From the NCBI GenBank assembly GCA_963809615.1, contig CAWEKR010000005.1:55865-119864 (forward strand): a stretch of DNA of 64,000 nt, read 5' to 3'. Shown piece by piece: positions 17,999 through 28,555 of the stretch. The first letter of the stretch is position 1; every line of letters begins with the position of its first letter. This stretch comes from an uncultured Chloroflexia bacterium (lineage in GTDB: Bacteria; Chloroflexota; Anaerolineae; Anaerolineales; UBA4823). The notes below the pieces were generated by a model, which saw only the letters and a list, made by a program, of their open reading frames with translations, had not been told where the DNA came from and searched no databases. Both the position numbers and the translations under genes were made by a program.

Positions 17999-20725
17999 TT
18001 ATGGTACTCTATATATCGTCACCTGCCCCTGGTTGAAGACCGGCTGAAGCACCTGGTTAAATTTACGCAGCGCAGAGCTGGTGGTGCAACCACCAGATTG
18101 GCTGCATACAGATTGTATATATGCCAGCTCGGGCGATCCAAGGATGACGTATTTCACATTCCACTTGTGCAGCAGGTCCAGCATGGTTTGACCATCCGAG
18201 GTAGTATAGATACTGGCAATATCAGGCTCACGGATTGCCTGTTGGTCATAGTTCCCGCGCCACTGGCCTTCGTGCCCTGCCCAGCCCAGGACAGTTGGAA
18301 ATCCAGTAAAAACACTGATCCTTCCATTATAGTTATATGACCCAAACCAAGGTGCCTCTAGGATTACCGGAACGCTCCCGGCGGGCATACCTTGTTCGGC
18401 ATTGGCATCCAACCACCTGATGGCGGCCCAATCATCGGGGTTGTTTGTAGCCACCGAGCTGGCTCCATCCAGGTTGGGTGAGCCGGAGAAATCGCCAGCG
18501 CGGCTGGGGATTGCCATTAAAGTGTAAACCAAACCCAACCCGATGAATATAACTGCACCGGCTACAAACAGAGTGCGAACGGCAGGCTTCCTGATCCGGT
18601 CCAAAAGCCACCAGGTGCCGTAGGCGCTGGCGCAGCCCAACATGACCCAAGCCTGGTAATAGAACTTGAACACCGTGTTCATGCGCACCCCAAAACTGTC
18701 GCGCAGGTAGATAAATTCAACCACAAGCGTAAGCGCCAGACCGGTAAAAATGAGGATAAAAACGAAAAGATCGCTGGAAACTTTTAGCAACGGTGTAACA
18801 ATTTCTGAGGCTACCTCTTCGGTAGCTGCTCTTTTCTTCATTAGGCCAGCAACGTTGGCAATCACCAGCGCCAAAAGCGCGGTGAGCATGAGCAGGAGCC
18901 AGGGATCGGTCAAACGAGCCTTTATGCTGGCAAGGTAAGCGTCTTTCAAGCTCATTCCCCCCAATACCATTTGAAGAGTCGCCATCAATGAGCTGTCAGG
19001 CACTGGCTTCAATAGGAAGAGCACCAGCGCAATCAGCAGCATGATCATTACATAGACCCCAGCACAGATCGCCAGGATGCGCCACCACCAGGTGAAGACG
19101 GATTTTAACAGCTGATGCCGGTCTTCATCCTGATGGCGCAGGTAGCCGACCAGGAAGCACACCACCAGGAAGATAAAAGTGCCAAACATGACCAGGTACT
19201 GGGGCAGGCGGGTGGGCGGAAAGACGTAGGGTAAGAGACCCGCAGCTTGCGAGCTGAAGCTCAGGAAGAAAAAGATATACAAGAGCACGGAAAGGATGCC
19301 CAATCCCACACCCAGGATGATGGTGCGGAGAAAAACCTCCAGGTCAAGGTGCCCGTTTTGCATCACGAGCCCCATACCATACGCCAGCATGATCAGACCC
19401 AGGTAAATAGGCAGGTCCCAGGTGTTCAGGAATCCCAATGAACCGAGGATGAGGGCAGAAAACATGAACAGAAGCCAATCGTTATCCAGGGCAAAAGCGA
19501 CCGGGTTCCACCAATGTGCCTGAGGGAGAAGCTCCGGGTCTGGTTCGCTGACTGCCAGGTTTTCAGCGTCGGGCTCAGGCTGGTTAATGGCTATGTCTTG
19601 CTGTAAAACAAGGGTCTCGCCTCGCTCAGGCAAATCACCGGCGATGCTTCGTCGCAAAATGCGCTCCTGGCTCATCTGCCGCACGAGTAAATTGAAGGCT
19701 AATGCAATAGCAAGCAGCACGAACGGCAGCGCCAGTACGTGAGGGTGATTATCGCCCAGGATAAAGCTGAAGAAAGGGAACTCATCGATGGGCGGGACGA
19801 TCATGTTCTGCCCGAGGAAATTCTTATCTGCTAATACACGCGAAGCTCGCCACCACCACCAAAAGACATTTCCGGGATACCAAGAGTTAACCACATCTGC
19901 TTTCGCTAAGCCTGGGATATCGATCCAGGCCCAAAAACTAGCTGATAACAGCCCTTTGGCGTGGAGTGACTCCAACACGCCTTCCAGGTTGCTCATCACG
20001 GCCACCAGTAGCCCACCCAATAACCCAGCCATTATCGGCGTTCCATCGCGAGGTGCAGAATCGCCTTCCTTGTGACGCGTCTTTAGGGTGAACGCCACCA
20101 AGTTATAAACAACTCCAAATGAGCCGATCAAGGTGAGGGCAAACAGCAGGGAATCATACAGGTCGAAGGCCACACCCGAGACCGCACCGGATAACCGGGT
20201 GAGCAGGGCCATCATCACATAGCCAAAATAATAATAGGAAATGCCATAGCCCGAAAGCCATGGGTCGAGGGGAGGGAAGTGCTGGCTGCGCAGGATGGCG
20301 TTCTGGAAGGCGATCTCCATGAATTTTTCGCCACTCGTATTTTCAATTTTATACGGAACATATGCCCGAAATATGGCCCATCCCACCAGGGCCAATAAGA
20401 ACAGCACCTCCACGGTGACAATGAGCTTCCACTTCTCACGAAGGAAGGAGCGCATCTCTGGGATGATCGTCCCCTTACTTCGGAAATAGAACCAGGCGGA
20501 GGCGATGGTTAAAAGCAGGACGGCGAAGAGGATCCCGCCCAGGTCGTTGGTCAGCAACCCGGTGCTGGCACCAATCCACAGGAAATAGCTGATGAACAAC
20601 AGTCCCAGGGCTTTGGAAAAGGAATAGCCGCGGTCTGGCAGCCAGCGGAAGATGCGCATGGAGGTGGGCAGAGCCAGCCAACCCAGCACCTGCAACAGCA
20701 GCCACCACACCAGGACTTGGATCAT
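17999..20725 (-). CDS. DUF2298 / Chlor_Arch_YYY domain membrane protein
   Basis: 908 aa. N-terminal WLPDRGYSFSKALGLL. Signature GEKFMEIAFQNAILRSQHFPPLDPWLSGYGISYYYFGY. Its start overlaps the upstream stop by 4 nt. Confidence 0.85.
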   Translation of the reverse strand: MIQVLVWWLLLQVLGWLALPTSMRIFRWLPDRGYSFSKALGLLFISYFLWIGASTGLLTNDLGGILFAVLLLTIASAWFYFRSKGTIIPEMRSFLREKWKLIVTVEVLFLLALVGWAIFRAYVPYKIENTSGEKFMEIAFQNAILRSQHFPPLDPWLSGYGISYYYFGYVMMALLTRLSGAVSGVAFDLYDSLLFALTLIGSFGVVYNLVAFTLKTRHKEGDSAPRDGTPIMAGLLGGLLVAVMSNLEGVLESLHAKGLLSASFWAWIDIPGLAKADVVNSWYPGNVFWWWWRASRVLADKNFLGQNMIVPPIDEFPFFSFILGDNHPHVLALPFVLLAIALAFNLLVRQMSQERILRRSIAGDLPERGETLVLQQDIAINQPEPDAENLAVSEPDPELLPQAHWWNPVAFALDNDWLLFMFSALILGSLGFLNTWDLPIYLGLIMLAYGMGLVMQNGHLDLEVFLRTIILGVGLGILSVLLYIFFFLSFSSQAAGLLPYVFPPTRLPQYLVMFGTFIFLVVCFLVGYLRHQDEDRHQLLKSVFTWWWRILAICAGVYVMIMLLIALVLFLLKPVPDSSLMATLQMVLGGMSLKDAYLASIKARLTDPWLLLMLTALLALVIANVAGLMKKRAATEEVASEIVTPLLKVSSDLFVFILIFTGLALTLVVEFIYLRDSFGVRMNTVFKFYYQAWVMLGCASAYGTWWLLDRIRKPAVRTLFVAGAVIFIGLGLVYTLMAIPSRAGDFSGSPNLDGASSVATNNPDDWAAIRWLDANAEQGMPAGSVPVILEAPWFGSYNYNGRISVFTGFPTVLGWAGHEGQWRGNYDQQAIREPDIASIYTTSDGQTMLDLLHKWNVKYVILGSPELAYIQSVCSQSGGCTTSSALRKFNQVLQPVFNQGQVTIYRVP

Positions 20726-23700
20726 TGAATCACCTCATAGATGACCGTATTCCCGTCGCGATACACTTCCCGCCATAAATTCCCATTGAAGGCCGGGAAT
20801 TTTTCCAGGCCTGGTCCGGGATAGGTGACTTGTTCGAGCTGCCCGACCACGATATATTTGACCTGGTATAAATTCAAGAACTGCCTGGTGTACCCCGTAT
20901 CCACCGTGGTGTAGAACTGGTCAATGTCGGTGATGCGTTTGGTTACCCACTCGGGTGGGTTGAGGGCGCGCTGCTGCTGCTGGTGCCATTCCCAACCGAC
21001 CACCCCTGGCAGGCCGGTATTGATGGTAAACCGGGTGTACCAGCGATACAGGTTGCGCGAATTCGCTTCCACGATGACCGGCGACCCCTGGACGTTTTCC
21101 TGCATCCAGCGAATGGCGCGGTAGTCCTGGCTTAGATCCATGTTGAGGCCGATCTGTCCAGCCGGGGTGTATTCACTCGTGCTGGGATAATTTTCCATAT
21201 AAGTGGCAAACGGCATGAAAGCCATGCCATCCAGGGTATGAGGCGCCGTCAGCACCCAGCGGTCCTTGATCTTCGCCATCGTGCCGTACAGGGTGAATAA
21301 AAACGCCGATATAACCAGAGCCGAGAACGCCACCCTCCAGGATATTCGCCAGCCTGGCTGCCACAGGCGGATAGGGTCAATCAGCCAGCCCACGGCGGCA
21401 GCTGCGCTCAGGGCGAACAAAGCCCAGGCGATTAAATAAAATTTGAAGACGGTGTTCATACGCCCAATATCACCCCGGACGACCACCACCTCGACCATCA
21501 GAGTGATGAGCAATGCCGTACCCACCCAGAACAGCACCAGGCGCTTGACGTCGGGCAGCCCCGGGCGCAGAAGCAGGATGCCTGCCCAGGCAGCCAGAGG
21601 CAGGATGAGCCAGGCCAGGGCAGCGCCTCTCCCGATGGGCAGCTTGCTCAGGATGGACATCGTCGCAATCCCGGGGATTTTGATGCTTAACAGCAGGCAG
21701 GTAAGGAAAAGCACAACCAACGCCCCGATGATCAACCCGGTATACTTCTCGAGCTTGCGCAGCGATACCAGGGGGGTATTTGCCATCCACTCGCGCGTCT
21801 CCCACACCATCCACGAGACGATCGCAAACAGGAATAAGCCCCAGTGTGTGAAGTATGACCAGATGGGGGTGTGGGTGCCAAACCAGGGGATAACCGTGCT
21901 GTAAGGTTGGGCATACCACAAGCGATAAGGTAGATATAAGCCATATGAGACCACTGCCAGCAACAGCATCCCCGCTCCGGCGGTGAGCAGGCGTTTGACC
22001 ATGGACGGAATCCGAGGCAGCCAGGCAAAGTGCTGCAAATCGGTATAACGGAACAGGGCGTACCCCAAAACGACCATCCCGATGGGCAGGTAGACATATA
22101 TATCCGACAGGTTGGTGGGGTACATGGCGCCGATTGCCAGTCCGCCCAAGACAATGCTCAACAGCCCGGCACCGATGCTTTTCCAGCGCGCTTTCCCGAG
22201 TAAAACTGCCACAGCCCAGGTGAGTGCCAGCATGGCAATCGCCATGGCAATCATGTGGGCATGCAGGTCTGCATACAAGAAGGTAAACATGGGGAACTCG
22301 GTGATGGGTTCCACATCATTTGGGGCAGGGATTGCACGGCTGGGGAGCCAATACCAATCCGCTAATCCGTAGGGCAGCTGGGCACCGTGGAAAAGGTTAT
22401 TCCAAATCCCAACCGGCAGACCCGCCATACGGGTGAAGAAACCGGTGGTGTCGGTTATCCCTCCCGAAACGCCCAGCTGTTGCCAGCCCTTCAGGAACAT
22501 GCGCAGCGTGCCCAGGTTGCCCACCACCGCCATTCCCAGGGCTGAGGTCAGGCCGACCAGGATGGGCCGCCAGGCAAAGGTGGGAGGCGGTTGGTCCACT
22601 TCTGGTACATCCGGAACCAATTGCATATCCCCATTTTGGGAACGGGGATGGCTGAGGTTATAGCCGATGCAGAATGCCCCCATAGTCACCATGCTGAACA
22701 GGGTGGGGATGATGAGGTTATAGGCAAAGGATGGCACGATTCCCAGCCATTTAACCAGCACGCCCACAAAGACGTAGCCCCAATAGTAGTAATTCATGTA
22801 CCCGGCGGCATACCACGGGTCGTAGGGTGGAAAGGTAGTGCTCTTCAATATCGCGTTGAAGTAGGAGAAATCCATTGGTTTTTCTCCACCCTTCCACGGA
22901 TGCCACAGGTCAGGGTTGCCCAGGCGGATGAACAGGAAGCACAGGAAGAAGACCAGGACCAACCCTTCGACGATCAGGAAATATTTCCGGTTGTTACGGA
23001 ATTCCCTGCGCAGCTCTTCCCGCTGCCGGTAAGCCAGGATTGCACCCCCCAGCGCCATAACCAGGATCACGATGCTGATGGTGAGACGGCTGATGGGGAT
23101 ATTAACCGAGCCGGCCATCCAGGTCAGGTAAGCCAGGACCAGCATCCCCGCCGTCCGGGCGAGGGGATAGCCGTGGTCTTGCAAGCCGGGTAGCGTTATC
23201 CGCAGGATGGGATATACCAGCAGACCCAACAGGCTCACACTCAAGTACCAAACGATTACACCCAGCACCTGGTAACGGTTCTGCCAGGACTGCGGGTCGA
23301 ACAGCTCCGACCACGTCCCGCCAGCGGTCTGGGCAGACAGGTGGACGTCGGGCAACTTTAAATTAGCCGGGTGGTAAGCCGCTTTCTTGGGGGTAATTCT
23401 TACGATCTCGTTGAAATTTGCTTGGTCCAGGATTTGGCGTGCCTGCGAAGTATTGTAAGCATCGGTTTTCTTGAAAACGAGCACCTTCGGGTGGTCATAG
23501 ACCGTGAAAGCTTCCTCAGCAAACTGGTCGTTTACGTTCAGAGAACCCAACGTGGGATCGGATTGGAAGACTGCCACCAGCTCAAAGCCCAGGTCACCAT
23601 GGAACATCCCGGGTTGGGCAACACTGTAGCACCAGGCGATCGTCTTGTCATCCGGGCAGCCCAAGAGGTGCCGGTAATGTAGCGTGGTCATCGGGAAGCG

Positions 23701-26289
23701 TTCCGGCAGGCGCGGCAGTGAACCCCACTGTCGGTTCGAGCTGATCAGGATGTATTCCGTCTGGTCGTATATATCGATGAAATGGTCGAGCTTGTCGGGA
23801 TTATCATCGGTGTACATATTGAAGTTCAAACCCGGAATATAGATGCCCCCGAACGGGTCGTAGCCTTCCACGCGCAGCGGCAGACCGTCATCCCAATCCC
23901 CCTCGTTGGCTAACGCAGAGCCGCGCACGCTGATCACCCCACCGCCCGATGCCTGGGCAAGGGTGAGGTTGTAAACCTGCCCCTTTTCAATTGCCAGCGG
24001 ACGGTCGAGAGTCATTGTGTAACCCGCCCCGAGGCCATTTGCCCCCGGGGCTAAGTCGCCGGTCAGGCTGGCAGTTGAAGATGGCTGGGCATCTCCAATC
24101 GGGCTGATGGTCAGCACAAGGGTTTCCTGTTCCGATGAAGGGGCCTGGTCGACCAGCTGGCTCAGCGTGACTGATTCGATCACTCCCCCTTCCTCGACAG
24201 GGATAGGAAGGATATACGGTGAGCCGGTCTGAACCAGGCACTGAGACGGTGAAGGGATGGTCTGGGTTACCAATTGCTCGGAGATCTGAAGGGTGGCATC
24301 CACCGGTCCACATGCGTTCAGTATCCGATCTGTATCCTGGAGGGATACCGTCAAGGTGTATACCTGCCCGGCAGCGACGGTTATCGGATTGTCAAATGTA
24401 AGCAGGGTTTTTTGCCCACTACCGCCGGAAGGGGTAAGGGTGATGTCCTCCGCGATCTGCGTCTGACCCGCCCTATTCGCCAGTGCAACATTCATCGTAA
24501 CCGGTTGTTCCGCTGCGGTATTGGCGACGTGCGCCAGGTATACTTCGTTCACTGTACCACTGGCATTGGCGCTAAAACTGGTTTGATACGGAATATCCGG
24601 ATGAATGGTGCTCCCGTACGGGATCGAAACCGGCTGGATGTACATATTAGCCTTACCCTGTATATGCAGGTTAACCGGTCCGGGAATATTCTGAAAAATC
24701 CACTCGGAGGCAGCCACCCGAGTGATGGGGCGGGCATAGATCAGACTGAATGCCACTGCCCAGGCAAGGGTGGTAATGAGCACAACTGCGCCAACAATTA
24801 TAGAGATCGCACCAGCCCATCTGGATAAGGACAGGCGGTGAGGATTTTGCTGCCGGCTCTCTGCTCCCAACCTGCGCATCCGAATATTCCAAAGCTCCAC
24901 CACTGCCCAGGCGGCATAGATAGCGAGTATGGGGTAGGTCGGCATCTGGTAGCGCATGGTCGGGTTGAACTGCATGGACTGCCAGATGAAGTAAAAGCCT
25001 CCCCACAACCACAACAGAACATGGTGCTTCCAATCACCCTTGAGCATCCGCCAGCCGGCCCATAAGAAGCCAAAGGCTGCCAAAATCGCCAGGGGGATGC
25101 CCAGTCCCCACTCGGCCATATTCTGGGCAGAGAACCATATCGGTCTCCTTGCCCACTGCAGGGAAGGCGGGAAATCGATATCCCCGGCAGCCTGAGCGCG
25201 CTGTTCCTTTATATTGGACACCCACTGCGGGTTGGGCCGTACACCGAAGAATCCGGGTCCTAAAAAGGCATACGGCTGAAAGATGCGAAACACCAGCACG
25301 CTGACGAAGGCAGCGATGCCCAGGTAAATCATGGCATTGATCAGCCATTGGGGGCGCTCGTGGGCGGGCTTACGTAAGACCACCACCCCAAATGCGACCG
25401 GAAGGACGAATGCCACCGGGGCAGCGCTCAGCTTGGAGGCTACGGCACAGCCCAGGGCAATTCCAAAAGCGATGGACAGTGCGAAGGAAGGGTGCCTGAC
25501 CAGCGCAAGCAGGCGGGACGTGATGGTCTGAGGTAGTACAGCCTGCTCACCCTCAGGAGAGAGCTCGCTCGAGCTGTGCACCTCAGGCGCCTGAACAGAC
25601 TTGGAATCACGTTCCTGCAGGCTTATCCTGACGGCAAAATAAACTGCCAACAGGGTAAAGAAGCTGAAGAACGTGTCCATGGTAAAAAAGTGGGACTGTT
25701 GTATATTAAGCACGGTAAAAGCGGCAAAGGCAGCCGCCAGCAGACCCACGGCTTTGTTGAATGCGCGTGACCCAATGGCATAGACCAGGACAACGGATAA
25801 TAAATCCACGAAGGCTGAAAGGATTCTCCCCACTACGGTCATTTCGTTGAAGCCGGAATGCCCGTAGACCGCCTCCACGATATAGCGGGTAAAGAACATG
25901 GGGAGCGTGCCATAAACGTAGAATGAATGACCACGGTTATTGGGGTTGAGCGGTGAGCAGGAGGCATCGAAATACCCACCCCAGTTCTTACAGTCGGGGT
26001 AGGCGCTGGGGAAGTTAGCCCGCCATGGATTATTGATCGTATTGGGAGGCGGACCGAGGGCGGAATCCGGTGCCCCTGGGGGCATGATGTCTGTGCCCAC
26101 CCAAATCAGGAACCGCTCGTCGGGGTGCAGGTACTGAAAATCTCCCCATTGGATGCCAATATAGCGGAACACGCATCCTATTAAGAGCACAAACAACAGC
26201 AGCACGTCATAAATCCGTGGAGTTACCCAGCGGATCTTCCGCTTTGGAGCTGTTTGGGGAGATGAAGTCGGCAAAACGTCAGGCAGCAT
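20722..26289 (-). CDS. 1855-aa fusion membrane protein: N-terminal GT-C-like module, central beta-rich region, C-terminal DUF2298/YYY module
   Basis: N-terminal YLHPDERFL loop after the first TM, followed by many helices. A hydrophilic region spans about aa 520-950. The second half carries GEKPMDFSYFNAILKSTTFPPYDPWYAAGYMNYYYWGY, parallel to the signature of the neighbouring 908-aa protein. Confidence 0.85.
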   Translation of the reverse strand: MLPDVLPTSSPQTAPKRKIRWVTPRIYDVLLLFVLLIGCVFRYIGIQWGDFQYLHPDERFLIWVGTDIMPPGAPDSALGPPPNTINNPWRANFPSAYPDCKNWGGYFDASCSPLNPNNRGHSFYVYGTLPMFFTRYIVEAVYGHSGFNEMTVVGRILSAFVDLLSVVLVYAIGSRAFNKAVGLLAAAFAAFTVLNIQQSHFFTMDTFFSFFTLLAVYFAVRISLQERDSKSVQAPEVHSSSELSPEGEQAVLPQTITSRLLALVRHPSFALSIAFGIALGCAVASKLSAAPVAFVLPVAFGVVVLRKPAHERPQWLINAMIYLGIAAFVSVLVFRIFQPYAFLGPGFFGVRPNPQWVSNIKEQRAQAAGDIDFPPSLQWARRPIWFSAQNMAEWGLGIPLAILAAFGFLWAGWRMLKGDWKHHVLLWLWGGFYFIWQSMQFNPTMRYQMPTYPILAIYAAWAVVELWNIRMRRLGAESRQQNPHRLSLSRWAGAISIIVGAVVLITTLAWAVAFSLIYARPITRVAASEWIFQNIPGPVNLHIQGKANMYIQPVSIPYGSTIHPDIPYQTSFSANASGTVNEVYLAHVANTAAEQPVTMNVALANRAGQTQIAEDITLTPSGGSGQKTLLTFDNPITVAAGQVYTLTVSLQDTDRILNACGPVDATLQISEQLVTQTIPSPSQCLVQTGSPYILPIPVEEGGVIESVTLSQLVDQAPSSEQETLVLTISPIGDAQPSSTASLTGDLAPGANGLGAGYTMTLDRPLAIEKGQVYNLTLAQASGGGVISVRGSALANEGDWDDGLPLRVEGYDPFGGIYIPGLNFNMYTDDNPDKLDHFIDIYDQTEYILISSNRQWGSLPRLPERFPMTTLHYRHLLGCPDDKTIAWCYSVAQPGMFHGDLGFELVAVFQSDPTLGSLNVNDQFAEEAFTVYDHPKVLVFKKTDAYNTSQARQILDQANFNEIVRITPKKAAYHPANLKLPDVHLSAQTAGGTWSELFDPQSWQNRYQVLGVIVWYLSVSLLGLLVYPILRITLPGLQDHGYPLARTAGMLVLAYLTWMAGSVNIPISRLTISIVILVMALGGAILAYRQREELRREFRNNRKYFLIVEGLVLVFFLCFLFIRLGNPDLWHPWKGGEKPMDFSYFNAILKSTTFPPYDPWYAAGYMNYYYWGYVFVGVLVKWLGIVPSFAYNLIIPTLFSMVTMGAFCIGYNLSHPRSQNGDMQLVPDVPEVDQPPPTFAWRPILVGLTSALGMAVVGNLGTLRMFLKGWQQLGVSGGITDTTGFFTRMAGLPVGIWNNLFHGAQLPYGLADWYWLPSRAIPAPNDVEPITEFPMFTFLYADLHAHMIAMAIAMLALTWAVAVLLGKARWKSIGAGLLSIVLGGLAIGAMYPTNLSDIYVYLPIGMVVLGYALFRYTDLQHFAWLPRIPSMVKRLLTAGAGMLLLAVVSYGLYLPYRLWYAQPYSTVIPWFGTHTPIWSYFTHWGLFLFAIVSWMVWETREWMANTPLVSLRKLEKYTGLIIGALVVLFLTCLLLSIKIPGIATMSILSKLPIGRGAALAWLILPLAAWAGILLLRPGLPDVKRLVLFWVGTALLITLMVEVVVVRGDIGRMNTVFKFYLIAWALFALSAAAAVGWLIDPIRLWQPGWRISWRVAFSALVISAFLFTLYGTMAKIKDRWVLTAPHTLDGMAFMPFATYMENYPSTSEYTPAGQIGLNMDLSQDYRAIRWMQENVQGSPVIVEANSRNLYRWYTRFTINTGLPGVVGWEWHQQQQRALNPPEWVTKRITDIDQFYTTVDTGYTRQFLNLYQVKYIVVGQLEQVTYPGPGLEKFPAFNGNLWREVYRDGNTVIYEVIQ

Positions 26290-26356
26290 TGGTTAATTCA
26301 GCAGATCGATTTATTGATTAAAAAATACTCCATGCAGATAAGTCATCGGTTTCGCC

Positions 26357-28555
26357 TCATTGCATGGGTGATACTTCCGGAGCTGATGCGGCTGCCGGAA
26401 CCATATAGATATAAAAATCCTTACCAACCCTGGAGACATAATTCGTGAGCGTGCCTTGGGGGAATAGCTGTCTCAGCAGGTTGAGGCCTGCTTCATCTTG
26501 AGGGTTGACCAGGAACATCTTGGGCTGGGGGAAGTTCAGTGTTGGTGCTATCTGATCGGGCGGTATGGCAAAATCACGCGTGGGGTCGCCGGCGTTCATC
26601 CCCACCAGGCGGGTATCCACCCAATACGGATAAGGAACCACGTAGGCATTGTTCGTGCCGCCATAAATATCACCGAAATCATGGATGACGCTCCCCATCT
26701 CGGAGGTATTCCAGGATGACAGCTCATAAGCGCGCTGGTATTGGTTAAACACCAGGTCGTAATTCCCAAGGCTCGAGAAGAAAATCAGGATGAGCGCAAT
26801 TCCCCAGGCGAATGCCGACCCGGTTTTGGTGGGCATGCGCTTCTCCATGCCAGACATGAGCCCATCCAAGGCAATGGCCACGATCACAAAAACCGGTACA
26901 AGCGCACCCCCCGCCCGGTTTAATGCCGGGTTCTCATCCGGAAAAGCCAGGGATAGGATGGAAGGCAGCATCAGGATGGGGACCGAGATCAGCAGCACCA
27001 GGTCCTGCCAGGTACGCCGCTGGATATATCGGATTAACAACAGGACCACTCCCAGAAAGAATAGTGTTGCTGAAACGATATCCAAGGCCGGGCTTCCGGT
27101 GACTGAGTGGACCCAAATATTCCCGTCCGACCAGAAATACATGGTGGAGGCATTCCACAAATTTTTTAAAAATATCACCAAGGCAGGTCCAGGCAGCGAA
27201 CTCTCGGCGATGCCCAAACGGGAGAAGGCCCGGAAATCGAACAGGGTGGGAAATTCGAGCGAAAAACGCAGCAGTGGCAGGAAAACGATCAAGGAGATCA
27301 GTACCAACACCAGAAATCCCGAAACTACCTGCAGCCGTCTGCCTTTTGCCTGTGGGTGCAATAAGAACAGACCAACGGCTACCACGACCAGGATCGGCAG
27401 GATGCGGATGGGAGTATAACCGTGCAAGCCAATCCCCAATGCCAGACCTGCCAGGATGAAATCATTGCGGTTGGAGGTGCGCAGCCCACGGAACAGGTAA
27501 AACAGTGTAGGCGCAACAAACAGGGGATAGAGTGGGAATCGCAGCCCCACGCGTGAGATGACATTCGGCCAGTATCCAATACCTGCGAACAGCAAGGCAA
27601 ACAGACCCACCCGCCGGTTAGCCAGCTCTTTTCCCAGCAGGTAGATGTAAGGTAAGGTGAGCAAGCCTGCCAAGATGGTGCCGAGCTTAAGACTCAGGAA
27701 GGTGTAACCGGTATGGAACAGCTGGATGATGCCAGCCGTAAGGTACATCTGGATGGCTTCCCGACCGGTGTTGCGTGGGAAGAAGATACTCGTCTGCCCA
27801 TGCAAGACATCCCATACATCCAGCAGCTTTTCGGCATGGTCACTGACCATCTCAGGGGGTACCTGGGTAAGGCGGTAAACGCGGAAGAAAACCACCAGCG
27901 CCAGGCAGCCTATGACCAGCAGGGTCCACGAAGACAGAGAAAGCTTCCACGGGAAGTGCAGGTGTTCTTTTAACCACCTCCACCAACCTCTGAAGGGCAG
28001 TTCACCCTGCCAGAAAGCCACGCAGGTAAAGATGATCGCCAGTACCCACAGGGTTACATTCAGCTTGGTGAAGCGGTTGCCCCCCAGGGTGAGGAAGGCA
28101 GCCAACGCCAGCGGCAGACTAATATACAACCACCTGGAGCGCACCCGGTAGTCTTCCGGGTGTTCTTCGGCTTCAGGCAGCTCCGCCGGAACCCATTCTC
28201 CCTTCCGGGCAGCCAAAACCAACCAGCCGGCAGCCAATAAATAGAGAAATACACCGGGTATCCAGGCACGGTTCGGGCGCGGCATCAGCGATAGCTGCGC
28301 CACCAGGGCGATCCCGAGTGCCAGCAGCGAACGCCACGGAAAATTAACCTTGGGGGCCGTGCTCAGTGGAGTTGGTCCCGCAGCAGCTTGCTCCGCTTCT
28401 GGCTGAGCCAGTTCAGCTTCAATCAACGGCAGCTCTAACGATTTTGTCCCAAATGGTTGGGATTCTTCAGGTGACCCTTGAGGTTCCGGAATCGCTAACG
28501 GTTTCCCCCGCAGCAGGGACTTAACGTAATCCAGAACCGTGGGCTCACGGTTCAT
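26357..28555 (-). CDS. GT-C-fold glycosyltransferase, family 39/83 (ArnT/PMT-like)
   Basis: 732 aa and polytopic. The first extracytoplasmic loop VSDHAEKLLDVWDV and the general ArnT-like helix pattern fit this family. The start overlaps the methyltransferase stop by 4 nt. Confidence 0.75.
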   Translation of the reverse strand: MNREPTVLDYVKSLLRGKPLAIPEPQGSPEESQPFGTKSLELPLIEAELAQPEAEQAAAGPTPLSTAPKVNFPWRSLLALGIALVAQLSLMPRPNRAWIPGVFLYLLAAGWLVLAARKGEWVPAELPEAEEHPEDYRVRSRWLYISLPLALAAFLTLGGNRFTKLNVTLWVLAIIFTCVAFWQGELPFRGWWRWLKEHLHFPWKLSLSSWTLLVIGCLALVVFFRVYRLTQVPPEMVSDHAEKLLDVWDVLHGQTSIFFPRNTGREAIQMYLTAGIIQLFHTGYTFLSLKLGTILAGLLTLPYIYLLGKELANRRVGLFALLFAGIGYWPNVISRVGLRFPLYPLFVAPTLFYLFRGLRTSNRNDFILAGLALGIGLHGYTPIRILPILVVVAVGLFLLHPQAKGRRLQVVSGFLVLVLISLIVFLPLLRFSLEFPTLFDFRAFSRLGIAESSLPGPALVIFLKNLWNASTMYFWSDGNIWVHSVTGSPALDIVSATLFFLGVVLLLIRYIQRRTWQDLVLLISVPILMLPSILSLAFPDENPALNRAGGALVPVFVIVAIALDGLMSGMEKRMPTKTGSAFAWGIALILIFFSSLGNYDLVFNQYQRAYELSSWNTSEMGSVIHDFGDIYGGTNNAYVVPYPYWVDTRLVGMNAGDPTRDFAIPPDQIAPTLNFPQPKMFLVNPQDEAGLNLLRQLFPQGTLTNYVSRVGKDFYIYMVPAAASAPEVSPMQ

